Positions 18,121 through 29,246 of a stretch of 64,000 nt of DNA are shown one piece after another. The position numbers and the translations under genes were made by a program. The DNA is from an uncultured virus (IMG/VR IMGVR_UViG_3300031766_000002) (lineage: Duplodnaviria > Heunggongvirae > Uroviricota > Caudoviricetes): IMG/VR virus record IMGVR_UViG_3300031766_000002. The stretch is one strand, 5' to 3'. Position 1 is the first letter of the stretch, and every line of letters starts with the position of its first letter. The notes under the pieces were generated by a model, which was not told the origin of the DNA, did not search any database, and was given only the letters and a program-made list of their open reading frames with translations.

Positions 18121-18753
18121 CTAAAGCTCTTTAATGCGATTGATAACCTTTTGATAAGTCTCATCTGAAGGGTCATTCTTCCTATTAGGAGCAATCATCT
18201 TGTGCGTTAGAATATTGTCAATCCCAAAGTCAAATTTATCCATAAGGTATTTGCATTTCTTGGCAGCGGAATCAATTTCAGCAGCACTTGGTGTGCGTTT
18301 GTTGGTATCCCCATAAAAAGAAATACCGATACTATGACCATTTAGACCGCCCACACCTTTCCAAGAAGATCTCCCAGCATGCCAAGCTCTTTTCTTATCA
18401 TAAACAAATTGTGTACGAGATCCATCAGGCGCAATAAGATAGTGGTAACTAACTTTGGATGCAGCATTTAAAATCCATGAACGAGTCCCATCATGACTCC
18501 CACTGCTATGATGCAGAATCACATACTTAGGTCTTATCGTCCCAGACTGGTTTGGAGAAGCTTTGTAAACTTCAGGGTAGTCCTCTTTAAATTCTTGGAC
18601 TGGCAGTTCTGGCTTTTCTGGCTCACCTTTGTCCTCATGGACAAGATTCTCCCAAATCATTTTCCATGTAGCGGGGCCATCAATCCCGTCAGCTTTAAGG
18701 CCAAGTTTTTTTTGAACCTCTTTGACGATCTGATCTTTACCAGAAAAACGCAT
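18121..18753 (-). CDS. Endolysin: N-terminal peptidoglycan-binding domain plus Amidase_2 N-acetylmuramoyl-L-alanine amidase
   Basis: VQKKLGLKADGIDGPATW; ILHHS, SYHYLI, AWHAG, SIGI, LTH, RKNDP. Confidence 0.9.
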   Translation of the reverse strand: MRFSGKDQIVKEVQKKLGLKADGIDGPATWKMIWENLVHEDKGEPEKPELPVQEFKEDYPEVYKASPNQSGTIRPKYVILHHSSGSHDGTRSWILNAASKVSYHYLIAPDGSRTQFVYDKKRAWHAGRSSWKGVGGLNGHSIGISFYGDTNKRTPSAAEIDSAAKKCKYLMDKFDFGIDNILTHKMIAPNRKNDPSDETYQKVINRIKEL

Positions 18754-18755
18754 TT

Positions 18756-18944
18756 TTATTCGCCTTCTGTTGGAGCCTCTGCTTCTGCTTGTGGCAATTG
18801 CGATTTTGCTTGCTCTTGAATTTTAGTAGCAAGGAAAGAACCTGCTTCAGCAATCTGGAGTCCTTGAGCTTTTACAGCGACATCAATGATCTGAAGAAGT
18901 GCATTAGCCTCGTTTTCTTGTAAGGTAATTGTAATTTCGTTCAT
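18756..18944 (-). CDS. Hypothetical protein
   Basis: ORF track, with its own TTGAAT-N16-TATAAT promoter. Confidence 0.6.
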   Translation of the reverse strand: MNEITITLQENEANALLQIIDVAVKAQGLQIAEAGSFLATKIQEQAKSQLPQAEAEAPTEGE

Positions 18945-18999
18945 ATGTAACTGATTATAGGTTACGCTAAGAATAATTCAACAAATTAACACTCAAATC

Positions 19000-19992
19000 T
19001 TAATTTATTTTTTTTATTTTCAGAAATGCGTGTTTTATGGCCATCCACATATCTAAATACTTATATTGAGCTAATCTGCCTAAAAAAATTGTATTTTTTT
19101 CCTTGTCTGCTAGTGCTTTATAGTTCTTATATTTTTTGTGTGGGTCGCCCCAAGGGATAGGATAAAAAGGAATATCGTTCTCTTTAGCATCTCTTGAATA
19201 CTCTCTCGTTATGACTGTCAAACCACTATGGTCAGTTGTAAAATACGAATGATCATATTGGCGAGTCCAAGGATTGCTATAATTACACTCATTGAAAACC
19301 AAGGTATTTTGTTTTTTAGAGGTTACCTTGTGTTCGAAATCAAGGGTTCTATATGGTAGACTCCCGTAACAATTATCAAAATATTCGTCTATCTTGCCTG
19401 TATAAATCAACCTGTCATAAGATGAATTTTTCCAATCGTTTTTAGAGCAACCTAAGAAGATCTCAATTCCATCAAGCATTTTTTCAAACATCTTTGTGTA
19501 TCCTTCTTTCGGTACGCATTGATATTTTTGTCCTTCAAACCAAGTTGGGCTTTCATAACCCTTCGTCTTGGGGATTCTATTCGTTATGCTTGATGGGATC
19601 TCATTAAATGGAACTCCCCACTGCTTCTCGCTATAATCACAAAAGACAAGATCAACAACTTCTTGTTCTGTAAGTTTAAATCCAATAGCCTCCTCACAAC
19701 CTTTATCGCTATAAGGAAGAGGTATATCTCCAATTATTGTACGACCTATTGGTCTGTAATGTAACGGGGTCCATTCTGTATATTTAGACAAAAATTTAAA
19801 AACCTCTTCATCATCAGTATGGAAAATATGAGGACCATAGTTATGCATGATAGTTCCACACACATTACTGTCATAGCAGTTGCCTCCAATATGATTGCGA
19901 GATTCAAAAATCTGGACTTCATGCCCTTGATCTTTTAGCAATCGCGCACTTGTTATCCCACTTAAACCGCAACCAACAATAGCAAACTTCAT
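19000..19992 (-). CDS. glf: UDP-galactopyranose mutase
   Basis: VGCGLSG, HIGGNCYD, HNYGPHIFHT, YSEKQWG, LPYR, PFYP, GRLAQYKYLDM. Confidence 0.93.
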   Translation of the reverse strand: MKFAIVGCGLSGITSARLLKDQGHEVQIFESRNHIGGNCYDSNVCGTIMHNYGPHIFHTDDEEVFKFLSKYTEWTPLHYRPIGRTIIGDIPLPYSDKGCEEAIGFKLTEQEVVDLVFCDYSEKQWGVPFNEIPSSITNRIPKTKGYESPTWFEGQKYQCVPKEGYTKMFEKMLDGIEIFLGCSKNDWKNSSYDRLIYTGKIDEYFDNCYGSLPYRTLDFEHKVTSKKQNTLVFNECNYSNPWTRQYDHSYFTTDHSGLTVITREYSRDAKENDIPFYPIPWGDPHKKYKNYKALADKEKNTIFLGRLAQYKYLDMWMAIKHAFLKIKKIN

Positions 19993-20774
19993 ATGTTAAA
20001 ATGCAATCTCATACTCTTACTAATTTCCTGAGAGTACTTTAAATTAGCTTTACCTGAGTGTTGCTCATTATGAGAGCAGTTGTATATCGCTGCTCTAAAC
20101 TCAATATCCCCACCTTCATAACCTTTATGGTTAAAATAGTCCCATGACAATGCATGAGATCCGATAACTTTTATCAAATAATAATTTTGTGTAGATTTGA
20201 TTATAGTATTCTGGCATGAACTTAGATTGACATTTTTAAAATCAATTTGTTTTTTAAGTATGCTTGCTTTAGTTATATTACAAGTGCCACATCTTTTATT
20301 AAAATCACCAACACGTTTAAACGTATCGTCTATACCCATTTTAAAACCTTTATTTATTCTTAAAAAATCTTTGTTTGAATTATGAATAGTTCTAACTAAA
20401 TCTCTATGTATGAAGTCGTCCGCATCAACAAACATAACGTAATTATCATCATCAACTTCATTTAAAGCCAAAATATATTTAGTACCTCTATCTAATCTAA
20501 TTTGGCGCATCCCATCATCGACACTTACTTGAGTACCTATTTGCCAAGCATTGGATAATGATGGAGGGAGCCAATCAACTTCTACAAACTTTATGTCTTT
20601 AATTTTGGGATTATCTGGGAATTCATTTAATGTCTTATTCGAAACCACTATAACCTCAAATCTTTTATCTAGCTGACCGAAAACAGAAACTAAAGTATTT
20701 TCTAATAAATCCCAAGTATCATTGTATGAATGACAGTTTTCGTAATGTTTAACACATATAATAAAAGTAACCAT
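19989..20774 (-). CDS. GT-A fold (GT2-like) glycosyltransferase
   Basis: LL..TL.SV..Q, YVMFVDADDF, CGTC. Confidence 0.75.
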   Translation of the reverse strand: MVTFIICVKHYENCHSYNDTWDLLENTLVSVFGQLDKRFEVIVVSNKTLNEFPDNPKIKDIKFVEVDWLPPSLSNAWQIGTQVSVDDGMRQIRLDRGTKYILALNEVDDDNYVMFVDADDFIHRDLVRTIHNSNKDFLRINKGFKMGIDDTFKRVGDFNKRCGTCNITKASILKKQIDFKNVNLSSCQNTIIKSTQNYYLIKVIGSHALSWDYFNHKGYEGGDIEFRAAIYNCSHNEQHSGKANLKYSQEISKSMRLHFNI

Positions 20775-21367
20775 TAATCGCCAAATCTGTATTTAAACGT
20801 TTCTATATCCTCTGAAAAAGTTCTCTCAATAACCTTTATCAATTGATCATCATAATATTCAGTATAATGAGCGTGTTTTGTTGCGTTTACATGAGGAAGT
20901 TTTACTCTAGGAGTATCGACTTGATCACAAACAAAATCAAAATCATTTTGAAAATTTTCAAACCTACCCACAAAATCTGTTTTAATTGATCCGTCTACAG
21001 TAATGAAATCTAATTGTGGTTTGAAAAAAATCCATTGTTCCCAAACATGTTTCGCAAGTATAAAATCCTTGAACTTTGGATATTCTTGTTTAATCGCTAG
21101 TGTTTTAGGTCTGTCATAACGAGGTATTCCCCCTCTTTTGAGGTATTCATATGCACTGACAAATTTATCCCAAGGGTTACGGACAAACGCAAATTTAAAC
21201 AAATCATCTACAGATAAGTTAGGGCAGTAATCAGTAGGATTGAACCCCAGTTCAGATATCCCATAGTGGTTATGCTTTGTAATATTAAAAACTTTTTTAA
21301 TAGATCTACCTCCACATTTTGGAATATGCACAAAGGCAAATGTTTTATCACTATCTACAAAAGGCAT
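20774..21367 (-). CDS. Sulfotransferase family 2 protein
   Basis: FVHIPKCGGRSI, FVRNPWDKFVSAY, DFVGRFE, EDIETFKY. Confidence 0.9.
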   Translation of the reverse strand: MPFVDSDKTFAFVHIPKCGGRSIKKVFNITKHNHYGISELGFNPTDYCPNLSVDDLFKFAFVRNPWDKFVSAYEYLKRGGIPRYDRPKTLAIKQEYPKFKDFILAKHVWEQWIFFKPQLDFITVDGSIKTDFVGRFENFQNDFDFVCDQVDTPRVKLPHVNATKHAHYTEYYDDQLIKVIERTFSEDIETFKYRFGD

Positions 21368-22088
21368 TTTCTAACGATTGGTAAGGGCATTCTTGTTCAT
21401 TAAAGTCAGTCCAGATATATTGCATATCTTTAATGTGTGCGGTGATAAGATCTTTCTTTATATTGATTAACTTTTGACTTTTTTTCATTGTATCATTATT
21501 AAAAGAATACATTGGCTTGGGGTTAACAACATATATTTTATCATTTTTTTTATTCGCAGCTTTTAGCTTCCTATTTAAACGATAACACATTTGCGACAAT
21601 GCTATGTCAGAATGACTTTGAAAATGTCTATTTTCTTTCCATCCATTTTCTTTTACAAATTTCTTGATCAATTTAAAAGTTTTATCATTCATTAAAATGC
21701 CAGCCCCTCCGAATATACCAACGCTATCTTCGTAAAGCTGGGAGCAATATATTCTCAAATTATCTTCGGGCAATTTACTTATAAATAAATTTAAATTCTC
21801 AGTGTGGATGAAAGTATCATCGTCACAAATTATGTGCCAATCAGCATCACACCAATCTTTCTTAAATACTGATTCTATTTTTTCAACACAAGAATGGTAG
21901 TCATCAAGATCGCAAACCTTTATTACTGGAATTTCATCAATTGCTTCAACTCCTCCCAAAAGATAAAAATTATCTTCACAATCTTTGATTCTTTTAATGA
22001 CAGTATTATACAATGGTTTAGTTCTCTTCTCATGAAGAGCTTCGCAAACCATAAAATAATAGTTAATCACCTTCGACTTCTTCGGCAT
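21351..22088 (-). CDS. Fringe-like (GT31) glycosyltransferase
   Basis: WHIICDDDTF...NL..F, GGAGILM, HSDIAL. Confidence 0.75.
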   Translation of the reverse strand: MPKKSKVINYYFMVCEALHEKRTKPLYNTVIKRIKDCEDNFYLLGGVEAIDEIPVIKVCDLDDYHSCVEKIESVFKKDWCDADWHIICDDDTFIHTENLNLFISKLPEDNLRIYCSQLYEDSVGIFGGAGILMNDKTFKLIKKFVKENGWKENRHFQSHSDIALSQMCYRLNRKLKAANKKNDKIYVVNPKPMYSFNNDTMKKSQKLINIKKDLITAHIKDMQYIWTDFNEQECPYQSLENAFCR

Positions 22089-22407
22089 CTTCTTCTATAG
22101 GAGCTTCTTCTAATATTCCTTCTTTATAGTATGATTCAATAGCTGGTATCGCATCAAATACAGATTGCATAGCAGTAGCTGCTTCTGGAACGTTAGCGAC
22201 AACTTCCCAAAAGTCTAAATGAAGTATTTCTGAATTTTCAGAACTTGGATCTTCATCAGAATCTGAATCAAATGCAGTAAGCTTTAAGCTCATATAACCA
22301 TCTGAGGCATTAGGAGCATTAACAACAAGCTCTGATACCCATGTATGCGGGAGAGTTTTCTCTGCTTTTGCTGGGATCACTAATGGTGTTTCTTTTGTAA
22401 TTGGCAT
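22063..22407 (-). CDS. Hypothetical protein downstream of the tail fibre (possible fibre-associated/chaperone)
   Basis: ORF track, position, and its own TTGAAA-N16-TATAAT promoter. Confidence 0.55.
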   Translation of the reverse strand: MPITKETPLVIPAKAEKTLPHTWVSELVVNAPNASDGYMSLKLTAFDSDSDEDPSSENSEILHLDFWEVVANVPEAATAMQSVFDAIPAIESYYKEGILEEAPIEEDAEEVEGD

Positions 22408-22442
22408 AATATATTATAGTTTCTTTGATTTTATTTTCAATA

Positions 22443-25400
22443 TTAACCTGCTCTCCACGAAGAACCGTCAGAGTAAACTGGTACTACATAACTACCGTTT
22501 GTACTTACAACAGATCCGTGAGAAGTCGCTAAAGGATAGAAGCTGTAAGCAAATGCCCTCTGACCTGCTGGATAAGCAGACGGCAAGCTAGTCGCATTGT
22601 ATATTGTCTGGTGAATAGTCCCGCTCACATCAAGAGCTGTACTCGGATTAGTAGTGCCAATTCCTAATTTAGTATTAGCAAAGTAGCTAGAATTTCTTCT
22701 CACCGCTAGAACCTCAGTTCCTTGTGCTGCTGCGGTACTACCATACCTAAATGAAGCGATGCCTTGTGTGCTATTCGATTGAGCAGCTTGAACATATAGG
22801 GTGTTACTACTATGGTTCCGTGTAATTAAATTATAATTAACATTATTAGTGTCAGTTCTAAAAGTGTCAGCAGTAGCATTTCCTGTAACATCAATACCAG
22901 AAGTACCAACAATAAATCTTTGTGTCCCTGCGACTACCGCTCTAACAGAACTGTTATTTGACCACTGAATGTAATCATTACTATCGTAACCAATATAACT
23001 AATACTATCTCGGAGATCAGTCTCTAATTGGAATTCAGTCCCGCTAAGATCTAGACCTCTACCAGCGGAGTATGTCGTATTTGTATCGGTATTTGTATCA
23101 GTCCAAGGGACATTAACAAACATTTTCTCCGACGAATCAAGTTCGACTGGATAATTTTTACCACTTTCGGTATACCCAATCTTAACACCACCTCGTGTCG
23201 AACTAGAAGAAAGTGGTAACGAATAGTTGTTAGCGTTAGTTGCTCCAGTATAACCAAGGTTTGCAAGGGTTATTGTCCTTGTAGAATGTGAGGTTATCAC
23301 CCCATCTGTCATATTTAACTGATCTATAACCGTAGCCCCAGACGTATTGATGTCAGAGTCTGTTCCGATAATTGTGTTACCACTTGAGGTTACATACCCA
23401 GCACCGTTAGTAAGCTGGTTGTTATTAGTAGGAATCGTAGTAGAGTTATAAGCATTAGACCCAAAAATTTCAGCGAATCGCTTTCTTCTTTCAGCACCAT
23501 TATCAAGAAGAATGATTTCGTCAACAGATGGGTCAATACCACCAGTCATATCAGTTAGTTCTGATAGATCTAATGTGATAGAATTAAAGCTACCGCTGGA
23601 GCCAGTAACAGTTCCTCCCCCATCTAGACCAGTTCCGACCGATAAACCGACAGAGGTAAGTGTTCCAGTATTAGCTGTAGCACCAGTTGCAATACCATCT
23701 AACTTAGTCTTAAGCGTAGACGTAAAGTTTTTTTGAGTTAATCCACCATCTCCTACTGAGTAAGTTGTATTGTTGTCTGTCCAAGGTACGTTAACAAACA
23801 TCTTCTCCGACGAATCAAGTTCTACTGGATAATTTTTACCACTTTCGGTGAACCCAATCTTAACTCCACCTCGTGTCGAACTGGAGGAAAGTGGCAACGA
23901 ATAGTTGTTAGCACTAGTAGCGATACCGTCTAACTTAGATTTTAATGCGGTAGTGAAGTTCTGGTCAGTCTGAGATGCAACTGTGAAGTCAATCTCATTA
24001 TTGGTATCATCGTAGGTTACTGTAATCCCACTTTCAGTGTTGCCTGAAAGCATCGCGCCTACAGCGTCTTGAACTTGCTCAGTCGAAAGTTGAGTGTTTG
24101 AAGTGACATAACCAGCAGAAGCGTGGTTCCCCCATCCATATGCGGTATTCCAGTTGGAAACATTCGCATCACTCGCTCCAGTAATTGTACCTCCAACAAA
24201 GTTCCCAGAACCATTAATGCCTTTAGATGATCCATCAACAAAGAACCCACCATCAGCACGAATATATCGTGGGGTATAAATATTTTTAGCTGTCTCTTGG
24301 TTAATTCTCAACCAAGTTGTATCTTCAACCCCAATCTCACCAACACGAGTTGTTCCGTTATAGAAAACAATATGATCAGAAACATTATTATCCGATTTTT
24401 TAATGTGAAGGTTCGTGTCAGCAGATCCATTACCAATTGTAACATCACCAGTGAAGGTTGCCCCACTTAGGTTTGCCTTCGAAGCTGTATCCGTAAGAGA
24501 AAACGTAGTTCCGCTTAACGTGATCCCCGTCCCAGCAGAGTAGGTTGTGTTAGTGTTTGTATCAGTCCAAGGAACATTAACAAACATCTTCTCTGAAGAA
24601 TCGACTTCAACGGGGTAATATTTACCGCTCTCAGTATATCCAATCTTGAAACCACCCCGTGTCGAACTAGATCCTGCTGGCAATGAGTAGTTGTTTGCGT
24701 TAGTGGCTCCAGTATAACCAAGATCTCCAAGTGTCAGTGTTCGTGTGCTGTGTGATTGGATCACACCATCTGTCATATTCAACTGATCTATAACCGTAGC
24801 CCCAGACGTATTGATGTCAGAATCGGTTCCGATAATGGTATTGTATGTTCCTGCTACCTGCTTCCCAGCCAATGCAGTAGTGATAGACGCAGCGTAACTT
24901 GCATTATCATCAATTGCTGCTGCCAACTCATTAAGTGTATCCAACGCTGCTGGCGCACCATTAACTAGATTAGATATCTGTGTTCCTACATATGATTCTG
25001 TTGCATATCCTGAGAGTGATGGAATTGATGGTTTATTAGTTAAATCATTATAACTAATATGAGAGCCAATCTGCGCTCCAAAGTTCGCAGGTGTATAGTA
25101 GCGAATAAAACCATCATGGGATGCATAGATTCTACTTATAGCTGTAGTGCTATTATTACCTGATGTTGTGTTTATCCAGCCAAAATAAGCATACCCATTA
25201 CCCTGCGTTCTACACACTACATTTGCGCTGTCATTCCTATCATCGCTATTTAGTTGTAGCCCATCAAGTGTATCAGCATCTAACCCAGAACCAGATCCAT
25301 CGTTGCCACTATTCCAAATTGTTACAGGGCTTGACCAAGTTCCATTGTTTTTAACTCGTGCTTGAATAGCCGAAGCATCGGAATAGCTAGTGCTAGCCAT

Positions 25401-27341
25401 CTGCCAAGAATAACCTGTGGAGGTGGCGTGTTGTGCATTGAATCCAATAGTTCCAAACTGGTTACCGTTGTCCCTGTAGAACATCGAACGTGTGATATTA
25501 TCGGCCCCTATCCCACCATCAGTAACAAATGTATTTGTGCTTCCTAAAGTTCCAGTAAGAGCATAAGGAAATCTAAGAGAATCAATACCATCAAGCTTTT
25601 GTGAATCAGCAGCTTTACCTGATGTTGTTAAGTAACTAGCACCGTTGGTAAGTTGGTTATTGTTGGTTATATAGTTAGCGTTAGTGGCTCCAGTGTAACC
25701 AAGGTTGGCGAGGGTCAGGGTCCGTGTGCTGTGTGATTGGATCACGCCATCTGTCATATTCAACTGATCAATGACAGTAGCACCAGATGTGTTAATATCA
25801 GAATCGGTTCCGATAACAGTATTCCCGCTTGATGTTACATAACCTTGAGATTTTACATAAGCAGTCGTTGCTATCTTGGTGCTATTCTCGCTTGAGGATT
25901 GTGTAGTCGCCGTACTAAGCTTTGCAGCAGGAATAACACTTCCTGTCCATTCACCAGAACCATTAATTACCTGCGTAGTAGTAGAATTAGATGTTCCTAA
26001 AAGGGTTCCAACATAATATCCATTAGCAGTAGAAACGTGATTAGATGTGAATATACCTGCTCTTACAAGCGAATGATCATTAGTACCGTCTCCACGAATG
26101 TTAAGTACAGCTCCAGTTGATTTGCCATTATGTGTTGGGTTTGAATCGTTATAATCAAATACATCACCATCACCATCAGCATTCCAAATAGATGCTGCGC
26201 CATCAATGATGTTTTCATCACCTGCTGTAGCCTTTCCGTCTAGCGCACTTTGTAACCCATCAACATTAGAGATAATGTGATTATGAGAGTCGTCAGCAAT
26301 CGTAACTGAAATTGAAGTCGTTCCTGACCCGCTTACATCACCGCTTAATGTGATAGTTTGGTTTCCAGTAATATAATTAGCACCGTTGGTAAGCTGGTTA
26401 TTGTTGGTTATATAGTTAGCGTTAGTCGCTCCAGTATAACCTAGTGTAGCCAGAGAGGGTTTATTTCCAGAATGATAAATCTCATACTTATTAGCTCCCA
26501 ATGACCAACCACCTACAGATAATTTGTTGCTATCTGCGTCTAATCCAAAATACACGGCATAGTCACTAGAAGTATGGAAAGCCATAAAAGCGTCATTGCC
26601 TGATCCACTGTTGAAAACTTCAAGCCCACCCAGATTCTGGGTGCTAACTGCCATATTGTCATGGTTGTTGGTACTACAATTATCAAAACGAATTCTTTGG
26701 CTAAATGTATCCGCAGCGTCAGTCCGTGCAAAACTCGTACTATTAATACCATCAAGAAGTTCCGAATCCGCAGCCTTACCTGATGTACTCAACTTACCAT
26801 TTAATGCAGACTGCAAACCATCAACATTAGAGATAACGTGATTGTGTGAATCGTCAGCAACCGTAACTGAAATTGAAGTCGTTCCTGACCCACTTACATC
26901 GCCACTTAATGTAATAGTTTGGTTTCCAGTTAAAAATGAAGTACTATTAAATGCATTAGACCCAAGAGTCCTTTTAACAACCTGATTACTAGCGTTAATA
27001 AGCAAAGCAGTTGTTTCTGAAGAAGTGGTTAAACCTGTTAATGTTAAACTGGGAGCAGAGAATTTCTGATTAGATGTCCAAGAATCTGTCGAGTTAACCC
27101 AGTTAATCGTTTTATCTGTAGCTCCTTTCAAGGTAATTCCACCACCGTCTGCTGTACTATCAGTAGGAGATGACACATCACCGATAATTATATTCTTATC
27201 CTCAACTAATAGGTTAGCTGTATCAATAGTCGTAGTAGTACCATTGATATTCAGGTTACCTCCTATAGTAACATCTCCATTACTTTCGTAAGTATTAGAG
27301 GTGTGTGTTAGTTGTCTTTTTGATGAAGTTACTGTTGCCAT
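22443..27341 (-). CDS. Long tail fibre protein (1632 aa) with internal module repeats
   Basis: G/S/T-rich, GTTTTIDT.NL.VEDK, GSGLDADTLDG, APAALDTLNELA, LGIGTTNP..ALDV.G; three families of repeated modules. Confidence 0.85.
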   Translation of the reverse strand: MATVTSSKRQLTHTSNTYESNGDVTIGGNLNINGTTTTIDTANLLVEDKNIIIGDVSSPTDSTADGGGITLKGATDKTINWVNSTDSWTSNQKFSAPSLTLTGLTTSSETTALLINASNQVVKRTLGSNAFNSTSFLTGNQTITLSGDVSGSGTTSISVTVADDSHNHVISNVDGLQSALNGKLSTSGKAADSELLDGINSTSFARTDAADTFSQRIRFDNCSTNNHDNMAVSTQNLGGLEVFNSGSGNDAFMAFHTSSDYAVYFGLDADSNKLSVGGWSLGANKYEIYHSGNKPSLATLGYTGATNANYITNNNQLTNGANYITGNQTITLSGDVSGSGTTSISVTIADDSHNHIISNVDGLQSALDGKATAGDENIIDGAASIWNADGDGDVFDYNDSNPTHNGKSTGAVLNIRGDGTNDHSLVRAGIFTSNHVSTANGYYVGTLLGTSNSTTTQVINGSGEWTGSVIPAAKLSTATTQSSSENSTKIATTAYVKSQGYVTSSGNTVIGTDSDINTSGATVIDQLNMTDGVIQSHSTRTLTLANLGYTGATNANYITNNNQLTNGASYLTTSGKAADSQKLDGIDSLRFPYALTGTLGSTNTFVTDGGIGADNITRSMFYRDNGNQFGTIGFNAQHATSTGYSWQMASTSYSDASAIQARVKNNGTWSSPVTIWNSGNDGSGSGLDADTLDGLQLNSDDRNDSANVVCRTQGNGYAYFGWINTTSGNNSTTAISRIYASHDGFIRYYTPANFGAQIGSHISYNDLTNKPSIPSLSGYATESYVGTQISNLVNGAPAALDTLNELAAAIDDNASYAASITTALAGKQVAGTYNTIIGTDSDINTSGATVIDQLNMTDGVIQSHSTRTLTLGDLGYTGATNANNYSLPAGSSSTRGGFKIGYTESGKYYPVEVDSSEKMFVNVPWTDTNTNTTYSAGTGITLSGTTFSLTDTASKANLSGATFTGDVTIGNGSADTNLHIKKSDNNVSDHIVFYNGTTRVGEIGVEDTTWLRINQETAKNIYTPRYIRADGGFFVDGSSKGINGSGNFVGGTITGASDANVSNWNTAYGWGNHASAGYVTSNTQLSTEQVQDAVGAMLSGNTESGITVTYDDTNNEIDFTVASQTDQNFTTALKSKLDGIATSANNYSLPLSSSSTRGGVKIGFTESGKNYPVELDSSEKMFVNVPWTDNNTTYSVGDGGLTQKNFTSTLKTKLDGIATGATANTGTLTSVGLSVGTGLDGGGTVTGSSGSFNSITLDLSELTDMTGGIDPSVDEIILLDNGAERRKRFAEIFGSNAYNSTTIPTNNNQLTNGAGYVTSSGNTIIGTDSDINTSGATVIDQLNMTDGVITSHSTRTITLANLGYTGATNANNYSLPLSSSSTRGGVKIGYTESGKNYPVELDSSEKMFVNVPWTDTNTDTNTTYSAGRGLDLSGTEFQLETDLRDSISYIGYDSNDYIQWSNNSSVRAVVAGTQRFIVGTSGIDVTGNATADTFRTDTNNVNYNLITRNHSSNTLYVQAAQSNSTQGIASFRYGSTAAAQGTEVLAVRRNSSYFANTKLGIGTTNPSTALDVSGTIHQTIYNATSLPSAYPAGQRAFAYSFYPLATSHGSVVSTNGSYVVPVYSDGSSWRAG

Positions 27342-27345
27342 GATA

Positions 27346-29094
27346 TTAGTGCCTTAACCTTTTTCTATTTATCTTAAATTTAATGTTGGAGTCTTTTGCT
27401 GCTGCATGAAGTGAGCAATAACTTACTGTCAAATGACCTTCCGTACCGTCATAGTAAGGAGCCTTATTAGGATGGCCTGAAGCAGAGAGCTTAACTCTAA
27501 GTTGTGTTCCTGATGATGTAAATGCATGAGCAGTCGTAGATGCTAAATTGTAAGTTTCCCAAGTTGATCCATTATTGTTGGAAACATATACTGTTAGTGA
27601 ACAACTGCTTGGAATATTAAACTTATCCACATTTGATAAAAAAACCGAATCAACACTCGCGCTGTTTTCCAAAGTATAAGTTCCATAAACAATCTCCCAG
27701 TTTCCTATTAGCTCCATTGGCTTTACGCTCTCTGCATAAGTATGGAATCTATGCCCATCAGACCCGCTATAACCAGTGTGTATCCAGTATTTACTACCAT
27801 TAGCAGACTCCATGAGAATCATAGGTTGTCCATAATCTGTATCAATACTTCTACCTCTACCACCAGTTGAGGTATCTTCTGTTATGTTAGATCTTCTGGA
27901 GAAAACGGAAGCGTGGTTGTTATCTGTATCTATCCATCCTCTTGCCTCGAAATAACCACGATCAGACTGAATGTGAATCATATCAGTATATCCCGGAACC
28001 TTGTCCATTGGAGTTCCACTAGTTTTTTGATACTTGGTTCCGAATCTAAAGTGATTTGAATACGAATCAAGAGCTGACATATAAATGACATTATGTACTG
28101 TTGGTGCGCTACCAGTTAAACACGGCGTTATATCTATATCTAAAATACGACTGCTGCCACCTATCCACATTCTATTTGGAGAACCTGAAGGATCAGGTAT
28201 ATGTAATCCTTGCTCGTAACCATCATCGCCATGACCTGCATCTGCAATATCACACCATACTAACTCAGGATTAGCAGTAGAAGCATCATATACAACAATG
28301 AAGTTGCCGTTATAGAAGGGGAAACAAAACATTCTATCATTCACTTCGTCGTAAAACAAACAATATCTATACCCACTTCTATCTATTGTGGCTGATCCAG
28401 ATTTTAGATCACCTGTTCCTGAACTATTACCTATAAACTCTTGCGCTCCTGTTCTTAGGTTTCTTCTAGGAATTCTTTTGTAATGTCTAGTGTCATGCTC
28501 TCCTGCGTAAATCCACTCTCCAGCAGCAGCTAATCCTGAAGTATAAGAAGTTCCTACTCTTCTCACATACCCATCAGCTCGCGAGTTAGTTCCAGATGGG
28601 TCAATAAAATCTGTTGGATTAGTGTGCGTAGGTCTAGCATCTTTAACAAAAGTAGTACCACCATCCACACAACCACTATAATCAAATGTAGTGTAACCAT
28701 AGACATTGTAGGTCATTACAACGCCTTTCTTATTTACTTTGTCAATAGCTACACTTTGCAGGTGGTTATATGTGCTTGTAGTATCACGGTACAAGAAATT
28801 ATTATCGTGATAAATTTTAGTTAATGTACCATCATTGTTTAATCGACGAACAGCGAATCCATCTCCCCAACCAACAGTAAAAATAAGATCACCGTCTATT
28901 TCTATACCATTAGGAAATCCAATTACACGATCACCTCCATCATAATCACCGCTACTACTATCAACAGTTGTATTATCGTGTCCCCCTTTAAAAAGAGGTA
29001 AGATATGCCTGTATTGACCGTAATCAGTTTGGCCAGCACCTACGATAGAGATTATATCTCCTCGTTCTAATACTTCATGTTTAAATTTAGACAT
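27346..29094 (-). CDS. Virion-associated protein (possible receptor-binding beta-propeller)
   Basis: Lies between fibre genes, G/D/Y-rich beta content, C-terminal YVSNNNGSTW...G..LR.K motif. Confidence 0.55.
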   Translation of the reverse strand: MSKFKHEVLERGDIISIVGAGQTDYGQYRHILPLFKGGHDNTTVDSSSGDYDGGDRVIGFPNGIEIDGDLIFTVGWGDGFAVRRLNNDGTLTKIYHDNNFLYRDTTSTYNHLQSVAIDKVNKKGVVMTYNVYGYTTFDYSGCVDGGTTFVKDARPTHTNPTDFIDPSGTNSRADGYVRRVGTSYTSGLAAAGEWIYAGEHDTRHYKRIPRRNLRTGAQEFIGNSSGTGDLKSGSATIDRSGYRYCLFYDEVNDRMFCFPFYNGNFIVVYDASTANPELVWCDIADAGHGDDGYEQGLHIPDPSGSPNRMWIGGSSRILDIDITPCLTGSAPTVHNVIYMSALDSYSNHFRFGTKYQKTSGTPMDKVPGYTDMIHIQSDRGYFEARGWIDTDNNHASVFSRRSNITEDTSTGGRGRSIDTDYGQPMILMESANGSKYWIHTGYSGSDGHRFHTYAESVKPMELIGNWEIVYGTYTLENSASVDSVFLSNVDKFNIPSSCSLTVYVSNNNGSTWETYNLASTTAHAFTSSGTQLRVKLSASGHPNKAPYYDGTEGHLTVSYCSLHAAAKDSNIKFKINRKRLRH

Positions 29095-29245
29095 CAGTAA
29101 GTTGTTCTATTTTTAACTCAGCTTCGGACAATGATTCTTTTAAAAGATTTATAAGATAATCATCCTCATCTCTCAACATTTCTAAACTCAAATCCTCTTC
29201 TCGTTGGCTCTTGATTTCTTGCCAATGTTCCAAATCGTATTCCAT
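29087..29245 (-). CDS. Small acidic protein (52 aa)
   Basis: Not in the track. MEYDLEHWQEIKSQREEDLSLEMLRDEDDYLINLLKESLSEAELKIEQLTDV fills the gap between two structural genes. Confidence 0.55.
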   Translation of the reverse strand: MEYDLEHWQEIKSQREEDLSLEMLRDEDDYLINLLKESLSEAELKIEQLTDV

Positions 29246-29246
29246 C

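Noticed and set aside
18121..18753. Inactive amidase because SIGIE reads SIGIS
   Set aside because: The zinc ligands are retained and the SYHY tyrosine matches the T7-lysozyme-type catalytic residue.
22443..27341. Diversity-generating retroelement (TR/VR pair) in the tail fibre repeats
   Set aside because: All copies are in-frame coding. Differences in the pair compared are mostly synonymous and not adenine-specific, and there is no reverse transcriptase in the window.
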